A stretch of DNA of 64,000 nucleotides from Eledone cirrhosa (taxonomy: Eukaryota), in contig OZ024743.1 of the NCBI GenBank assembly GCA_964016885.1, forward strand, positions 13,454,001 to 13,518,000. Direction: 5' to 3'. A model generated the notes under the pieces. It worked only from the letters and a program-made list of their open reading frames with translations, was not told the origin of the DNA and ran no database searches. This document shows positions 55,590 to 64,000 of the stretch, piece after piece (within the stretch, counting starts at the first letter, position 1; each line of letters begins with the position of its first letter). Both the position numbers and the translations under genes were made by a program.

Positions 55590-55968
55590 CTTATCATATG
55601 GGCATGACCAATAAAGTACGACCGCCAATACAAGCGGTGGACAGGGGTTCATCCGAAGGGCTTTTTGAGTAACGTTACTCGATTTAGTGTGTAGCTCGGA
55701 GTGATCACATCTCCGGTACTATAGGCATGCGGTTAGAACGTCTCAAGGAAGAAGCACTGAACAGATTTTACGTGATTTACTAACTGGCAAGAAATCCAAT
55801 GATAGACCCCTAGCTAGATGGTTAGATAGCATCCATAAGCTCGGCTGGTCTCGCTTGATGATGCATCCGGATCAATTGGAAGCGGTTGGTTTTGATAGGG
55901 CCCACTGGAACACGTGCTTCAGGTCGCTGCCTTCACGACCTTCTCAGGAATAAGCGGGTGAAGAAGAC
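55590..55968 (+). mobile_element. RTE-like LINE 3' fragment
   Basis: Translates as GKKSNDRPLARWLDSIHKLGWSRL, like the GRPR.RW.D C-terminus of RTE elements. Ends gaagaaga. Homologous to 34110-34235. Confidence 0.6.
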
Positions 55969-56129
55969 TCAATCGTACTGTAGAGTCAATATTTAAATGT
56001 ATCATTAAATACCACATACTTATACGTATCAAGTAATATATTCAATTGTTGACTTCAACCTAAATATCTACCTCTCCCTCACTGTCTTTCTTCTGCGTGT
56101 CTACCTGTCTGTCTGTCTTTCTTTGTATC

Positions 56130-56176
<47 letters not shown>

Positions 56177-56899
56177 TGTATGTGATTCAGTGATTTACTG
56201 GTCGTGGTTCCAATACGAATACAAACATTCATATACATACACTCACATGCATATTATATATTCACTTATATATTTATATTGTAATTTGATTACACTGCCG
56301 GCAATTTCTTTTAATGCAGCAATTTCGTTTTCTAATTACATTAAATAAACAGTTTATTGGTTATTATTCGACTGAGAAAAAAAATTAAAACGCACCGAAA
56401 TTTAAATAAAAGGACAAAACGCACAAAAATTTAAAAAAGGACGCAGACAAAAAACGAAAGGAAGTAAATGAATATAAAATGAAAAACTACTAAAAGAAAA
56501 GATGAAATGATAGAAAGTAAGAAAAAGGACAAAATCATTTATCTCCCCCTATCCTGTAAAAGAGTTGAATATGTTGTAATACATCGCTGAAATATATCGT
56601 CTGCTTATAATACAAGTCTCACATCAATCATTAAACAAAAAAAAACAAAAAAAAACAGAAAAATAATAAATATTCACAATTTCAGCAATTAACCTAAGGC
56701 TGAAATATTTCAGAGAAAATAAATAGATACGATGGATAATTAACGTTCATTCAAAAGACTTATTCCTTGTTTGGTTCTATCACGCAAACCAATACCATCT
56801 CATCACCTCTCTATTTCCATCATGTCCGTCCGTGTTCTTTCCCTAGTCATCTCTGCATATCGGCACCCCTCCATCATACTCTAGGCGCACAGCATCCCA

Positions 56900-56931
<32 letters not shown>

Positions 56932-57922
56932 CATACATATAGATACACATACGTAGATACATAGAGAGAAAAATAGAGAGAGATGGAAAGAAGAGGAAAA
57001 CGTGTGCACTAGACAGATGTCACGTACATCGTATTTCATATATAATTGTATAGGTATTTTTACACAAAAGTTCATGAGTTTTCCTAGGAATATTCTTTCA
57101 CACGCATATCGATAAAATCATACACGGACAAATGTGTTTATATCATTATAAATAACACTTATTTTTCCGACCATCCATCTTTCTTTCCATTGTATATCGT
57201 TTTATCATCACTCGTCACCATCGAATATCGAATTCTGCGTAAATTACCACTACAATTAAACGATATAACGTTAAGATAAGTGACTATCAAAAACCTTTTA
57301 ATATGTCTAGGCCATAAAAGAAAGAGAATTATTTATTTCATAGAAAGAAAAAAAGACAAAACAAAACAATAATAAATTAAAAAAAATGATACTAAGACGT
57401 GTGGCATTTACGCTTTATAATGAAACACGATGTATTAGACTTGAAAGTTTCAAGTAGATTTTTTCCTATTATTTGATTGTGTTAGTCAAGTTGATTGGAA
57501 ATATATGTGCCAGATAAGGAGTCGACAGTCCGAATCTGGTAGGCCAACATGACTACCGAGATTTAGATATATGCAATCATTTGGCGCATTTATTTCTTTA
57601 TTTATTTCACATAATACGATCATTCTTAAACTAACACTCTTTTTTTTTTTGCTTTTGCTGTTGCGTTTTGTTTATCGTCTGATCAACCCTTATCTAACTA
57701 ATTGATGACATTTCAGTGGTCATGCGTATTTCATAGTTTTAGAATTATCTGAAACTACATTATTTATTGTTTCATTGGCTTTTTTAAAGAGATTAGAGGA
57801 ATAATTCAGGGAGCTTTGACTGATATTTGATAAGGCGAACGACTACAATCTGAGACAGCAATCGTCTCATTCGCAAGAAAAATAAACATAGGGCCAGGTA
57901 TAGATGATCCACATTACTATTG

Positions 57923-58023
<101 letters not shown>

Positions 58024-58083
58024 TATTACATTATTTTGTATGAACTCTCCTAATGTATTGAGTACTTTACCTACTGTAGTTAT

Positions 58084-58114
<31 letters not shown>

Positions 58115-58216
58115 CACATATATATGTGAGTCCCTGTTTCAATCGGGCGTAACTAAAGTAGGTAAAGTACTCAATGCATTAGAAAAGTGTATACAAAAAA
58201 AAAATTATATTAAAAT

Positions 58217-58268
58217 GGTTTCTACAGCACTAGAACTGTTTCGTTCGAATGAAATCATCAGGAAAAGC
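58217..58268 (-). ncRNA. Hammerhead motif (family A)
   Basis: Reverse complement: tttc-CTGATGA-tTTC attc GAAc-GAAA-CAG ttctagtg CTG-TA^gaaa. An inverted, core-deleted partner lies at 58440-58484. Confidence 0.75.
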
Positions 58269-60602
58269 CGACTTGCTTTATAATGAAGAGGTATTTATAT
58301 GTTTACTTGTGGGTGGAGAAGATGGTGATTGTAAGGATGTTTAGAGGTCATTGGCTGATATATTTTTTAGGGATCTGAGATTCTTTGAAAAAGCTATTGT
58401 ATTATAACATATACATACCACCGCATTATAACGCAAGTAGGCTTTTCATCCTTCGAATGAAACAGTTCTAATCCTGTAGAAGCCATCTCTATATTAAATT
58501 TTGTTGTATACAAACATACACACACACACACACACAGACACACACACATATATATATATATATATATGGTGGGTGTATATGTGTGAGTTTGTGATTCTTT
58601 GATATCTGCCGACCAACTGTTTCTTCCAAATAATTGATACAATGCAAATAATTAAAGAACTATGCAATAACAAATAGACTAAAAAACACACGTATATAAC
58701 GATTTTACTAAAAAACGATGAGTCTATTTATCACAGTGGTTCATCCTTGATGATTAAAAAAGGTGCATATCATATCTCAAAGGTCTAGCGTTACGACCAG
58801 CAGATGAATTACCGGTAGGATCTCCGACCTTATTGTTTCGCTTGGATGTGAAGCCTTTGATCAGAACCCTCTGCTTTGATAGACATTCACGAGGAATAGA
58901 TCATAGGAAGCAAGTATCTCAGAGAAAGACATTTGGCATAAAACTCTTGTAGTTGAATACTTTGCAAAAGGAATACACAGTGGCCCATCTGCTATGAGAT
59001 ACAGTATTTAAAAGAAAATATTTCTTTACCCAGTTCTACTCCAATTTTTGGCAAGCTAACTTTACTCTACGCGGAAAAAATTAAAATCAAAGAAAACAAA
59101 ACAAACGATTCTGTCGCTGAAACATTTCAATAGAAACATTTATATAGTTTTGCTCCATAAGAAATGATTGTACATGCTAATTTTAAAGCAGCTTGTTCTA
59201 AAATTCCCTAAACAAGAGTGTCATACATAAAGCAGATAGAACGAAGTATTTAAGTTAATGTAATATTCTATTTTATAATAATATCCATAATAACAAATGT
59301 AATACAGTATTTGAGTATACATTGCAAAATTTCCAGAAATAATACTTTGGAAAACGAAGTATATGTATTTGTCAAATACTCGAACGGATGTACAACAGTA
59401 AATATTGCAAACCTTAGAGAAGTATTTGTAACTATACATTTAGCATGTGTATATGTGACGGATATATATATATATATATATAAATTTATTTTTGCAATAT
59501 AAATATTTTTCGAAGCCTTTAATTATTGCATGAGAATATAACTAATTATTCATAGGTTTTGGTGAATATGCTTGAGGCTTCTTGAAACTGAATTAAAAGA
59601 TGAGATGCTTGAAAATGAAGGTCACAGGAGTAATTCTTGAGAAAATATAATTAATTCATTAATTGAATAAAATTGCATCAAGGGTATATTTCTATATATT
59701 TAATTTAAACATTGGATGAATATGAAATCAATGGAAAGTAAAAGAAATTGAACAGAACGCTACAAATATTAATGCCCTCAAATACTTGGTTGAAATATAA
59801 ATATGACAATATAAGAAATTGAGGCAACAATATCCAATGAATTATAGAAACAAGACACATTTAGGAACACGAGAGTATACATAATATCAATCCTCTTAAA
59901 TACCCCAATGATTATACTCAAACTACTATCAGTTAACTATATATATATATACATATATAGAATTGAGATGAGCGGTTCAACTGTATTATAGACACCCTAT
60001 ATATTTCCGCGGGTACTTAGTACTTGTGGGTTTATTGCTCTCATTTTATATATATATAGGAATATTGCTGTTTTGCATTGCCTTTTTATCTTTAAGTGTG
60101 TTCATTTTCTTTGGCTGGACATATATGATGAGGTAACATTTTGATTTGAGACTGTGTTATCTAAATGTCTCCAATTGTATATAGTTGTGATATGAACTTA
60201 ACATCTTCAATATCTTGGTTCGCCATTATGTTTATGTTGATATATATTTATGAATTCTATACCGTCGGTCCTATTTTCCTTTTAGCAAGATTTTCTTAGT
60301 TTCTATAAAAGTATGTGACCTTTCATTATCTGTATCGGATATATCGAATTTAATATTTTGATATCTAAATTTCGTCTTCTTTGAATACCACAGGTATATT
60401 TGTCTAATCACATACTCATTTTAATATATTTACTGAATTCATTTTTCACGTAGGCTGTCATGCGAAGAAATACCAATGATAATCAGCAGACTACTGATGA
60501 CAGACATTCTTGTTTATCGGTCTATTTTTATTCATATATATATATGCATATATATATATATACATATATATATCATATATATATATATATATACACATAT
60601 AC

Positions 60603-63291
60603 ATACCTCCACTCCACCCCTCATCCGACCACCCTTCCCCAACTAACATACTAACATCCCTCCACAAACCCGACAACCACGGCCGCCCCATCGTCTCCGC
60701 TTGCAACTGCCCCACCGAACTCATCTCCGCCTTTCTCGACTCCATCCTCGGCCCCTTGTCACCACCCTCCCCTCCCACATATCCGACACCAACCACGCCC
60801 TGCGCCTTTTCGACTCCTTCACCTACCCACCCGGCCCACAGCCCTTCCTCTTCACCCTAGACATCAAGTCCCTCTATACCGTCATCCCCCACGCCGACGG
60901 CCTACGCGCCCTCAAACACTACCTCGACCTTCGCCCCTCCCACATTCCCTCCACCCCCACCCTCCTTCGCCTCGCCGAGCTGGTCCTCACCCTCAATTGT
61001 TTCTCCTTCTCGGGTGAGTTTTACCAACAGGTCACGGGGGTAGCCATGAGTACAAGAATGGGCCCGAACTATGCCAACCTTTTTGTTGGCCATGTTGAGG
61101 CCCAAATCTTTGCCCAGTACACCGGCCCCACGCCCGAACTGTACGGTCGTTACATTGACGACTGTATCGGAGCCACGATCCTCACCCGAGAACAGCTCGA
61201 CTCCTTTCTCTTCTTCTTCTGCTCCTTCCACCCCTCCCTCCACTTCACCACCTCTATCTCCACCACCCACGTCCACTTCTTAGACATCACCGTCGCCTTC
61301 GACCCCTCCCACCACTCCCTCGTCACCTCCGCCTTCTTCAAACCCACCGACTCCCACTCTTACCTCGACCTCACCTCTTCCCACCCCACACACACTAAAC
61401 ACTCTATTCCCTACTCCCAACTCCTCAGGATCCGCCGCCTAGGTAGCCGAGATGCTGACTTCGAGTCCCAGGCCCTTTCCCTAGTCAGCCATTTCATCTG
61501 CAGAGGTTACCCCCCTCTCTCGTCCACACCACTCTCACCCGCGCCCGTGCTGTCCACCGCTCCACCACCCTCACCCCACGCCACCGCACGTCCACCCACC
61601 GTCTCCCCTTCCCCATCACCTATCACCCCTTCACCTTACCCCTCCATCGCACCATCCGCCGCCTCTTCCGACGCCTCCAGTCCGAACCCTCCACCTCCCA
61701 CATCTTCACAACCCCACCACTCCCCTCCTTCAAACGCGCACGCAATCTCCGCACCCTCCTCGTCCACAGATCCACCTCCCCCACCAAACCACGCACTCCC
61801 CCCGGTTCCTTTCCCTGTTCTAGGCCCCGCTGCAACACCTGTCCCCACATCACCAACACCACCACCTTCCAGAGTCCCAACGGCCACTCTCTCTCTCTGT
61901 CCGGCATGCCTTCCGCTGCACCTCCTCCAACCTAGTCTACGGCCTTCGCTGCACGGAGTGCAGCGCGACTTACGTCGCCTGGCGGACCGATTCACTGAGC
62001 ACCTTCGGGATATTCGTCTCGGTGGTAGTTCCCCCATCGCCCGCCACTTTGGTGCCCCTGGACATTCCGCACGCCATCTCACAGTCTGTGGCCTACTCCA
62101 ATGCCACGGAACACCCGCCAATCTCCTCAAAGTCGAACAAAGAACCATCTTCATCTTACAGACCCACACTCCCCCCGGCCTGAACTCCCCACCCTTATTC
62201 CTTTAACCTTCGACCGCCCCTCCCCCCACACATATCCCCCACTAACACCACTAACACACCCCTCCTTTTCACCGCCCACCCCACAACTAACAATACTAAC
62301 ACCTCCACTCCACCCCTCATCCGACCACCCTTCCCCAACTAACATACTAACATCCCTCCCTTCTTCTCCCCCCCTCCTTATCACACGCACACACCCACCG
62401 GCACATATATACACGCGCTCACACTAAACCCACACCCTACTACCACCACTAACCCTCACCCCCACACCTCCATCCCACCACCCTGCAACTAACATCACTA
62501 ACACCCCCCAACCCCACGCACACGTACCCACACACCCTCGTACACCACCAACTCTACACACCCTACCACCACTAACCCCCACTCACACCTGCATTCAACC
62601 CTTTCTCCACCTCCCGTATACTAACACCCAACCCACTAACACCCCCTTCATCAAACTACACACACCAGTACACCACACTCCCTCCATCGACCCCCACACC
62701 CTTCTCTCCCCGCTCCACCCACACCCTTTCTCCACACTCACTCATCCCACTAACACATCTACTAATACACACACACACCCTCCTCACTCCAACTTTCACA
62801 CCTACCCATCCTCGCCCCTTTACCATTCCACCCGACTGCTGCTATGCCCTCTGACCACCTCCCAGCACAAACAGACACACAGCACTCCCATCGCCTTGCC
62901 CATTTCCTGTTGCACGCGCACCCCACATCTCTCCTCTTCCGACCATCTCTTCATGGAATACTCGTATGTGGAACTTGACCACCGTGGAACCTACTACCAT
63001 TATAGGAGTTTACCAACATTTCAACCACATCCTCTTACGGAATCACCTATATAACTCACCCACACACACACACCCCAAACATTTTTTTATCTCCCACACG
63101 CCACCTACACCCACAACACGCTTAAACCCCACACACACGTGCTTTCCACCACATATTTACACCTTCAGCCTCCGGATTCCTCTCCCCCCCACCCCTCTAT
63201 CCACACACGCACACACACTCCGACCTACACCCCACCCCACACACACCTCTTCCTGAACATGCAACCCCGTTCTTCCCCCAACCCTTGATTT

Positions 63292-63322
<31 letters not shown>

Positions 63323-63757
63323 GTACACCTACACACACATACCACCTTCAGCCCTCCCCGCTCGGACACCCCATCTCCCACTCCCCACTCCACCCGCCAC
63401 CACCCCTATACACCCCACACCCTTCCACCACCTGTTTTACCCCTTTTTAATTTCAGTTTATTTTGATCATGCTTTTATATTTATTTTTATTTATTTCATT
63501 TCATTTTATTTTGATCATGCTTTATTTTAATTTTTATTTTTAATTTCATTCGCACCGTTTCCTCCCACCCCCTTTTCGCTATATGTCTCTCCACCACTCC
63601 CCTACACACCCTTTGAACTCTCTTCCCACACACTTCTCACCTGAGGAAGGGCTTATGCCCGAAACGTCGTTCCCCACCACCACCCCACTCTCCAGAGCGT
63701 GAAATTAATAAATATTCGTTGTACTGCCTCTCTGTTTTGTTCTTGTTCAAATTTTCC

Positions 63758-63760
<3 letters not shown>
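60603..63760 (+). mobile_element. Penelope-like element, 5'-truncated, with a very long C/A-rich 3' region
   Basis: HKPDNHGRPIVS (frame of ORF 60510), then LDIKSLYT, GVAMSTRMGP, RYIDD, FLDI, KPTD, SSHP, SIPYSQ (ORF 60701-62206). Frameshifted GIY-YIG remnant (SNLVYGLRC..RRLADRFTEH..PPGLN). Hammerhead at 63639, AATAAA at 63707, then (TA)n. Confidence 0.9.
63639..63670 (+). ncRNA. Minimal hammerhead ribozyme motif at the Penelope 3' end
   Basis: ac-CTGAGGA-a-GGGC ttat GCCC-GAAA-cg-TC^gt. Palindromic ACGT stem III, short stem I. Confidence 0.75.
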
Positions 63761-63800
<40 letters not shown>

Positions 63801-64000
63801 TTGGTTGACAGCCTACGTGAAAAATGAATTCAGTAGTTATAGTAAAATGAGTATGTGATTAGACAAATGTACCTGTGGTATTCGCAGAAGACGAAATTTA
63901 GATATCAAAATATTAAATTAGATATATCTGATACAGATGTCATGTCAGATTAATCTAATGTGAATACCATATAGTTACCATCTGGTATGAGGCACGGTGC

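Noticed and set aside
60701-62206. 501-aa ORF as an intact RT-proline-rich fusion protein
   Set aside because: The Pro/Ser-rich part is an out-of-frame reading between compensating frameshifts. The N-terminus is also frameshifted and the YIG motif region is deleted.

Overview
Repeat-rich animal intergenic/intronic DNA. It is AT-rich with dense (TA)n, (TAA)n, (TATC)n and (CA)n tracts. The SINE and repeat style suggests an octopus-like cephalopod (inference). No intact host gene is evident. The window holds two Tx1/L1-like LINEs, two R4/Dong-like RLE LINEs (one intact apart from a single stop codon), several RTE-like LINE pieces, at least five Penelope-like (RT + GIY-YIG) remnants, many copies of a tRNA-derived Nin-domain-like SINE, and two inverted copies of a Helitron-like element. 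The strongest signal missed by the ORF track is a set of type I hammerhead ribozyme motifs: 7 with an intact core plus several decayed ones, from at least four sequence families, with compensatory stem changes between copies. They sit in Penelope terminal repeats and in short, often fold-back, non-coding elements mostly embedded in (TA)n. Other points of interest are a Tx1 element inserted in (TATC)n, a 10-kb head-to-head Dong/repeat arrangement, and a possible decayed class C GPCR-like exon at about 39.6-40.5 kb. All boundaries were read by eye and are approximate.
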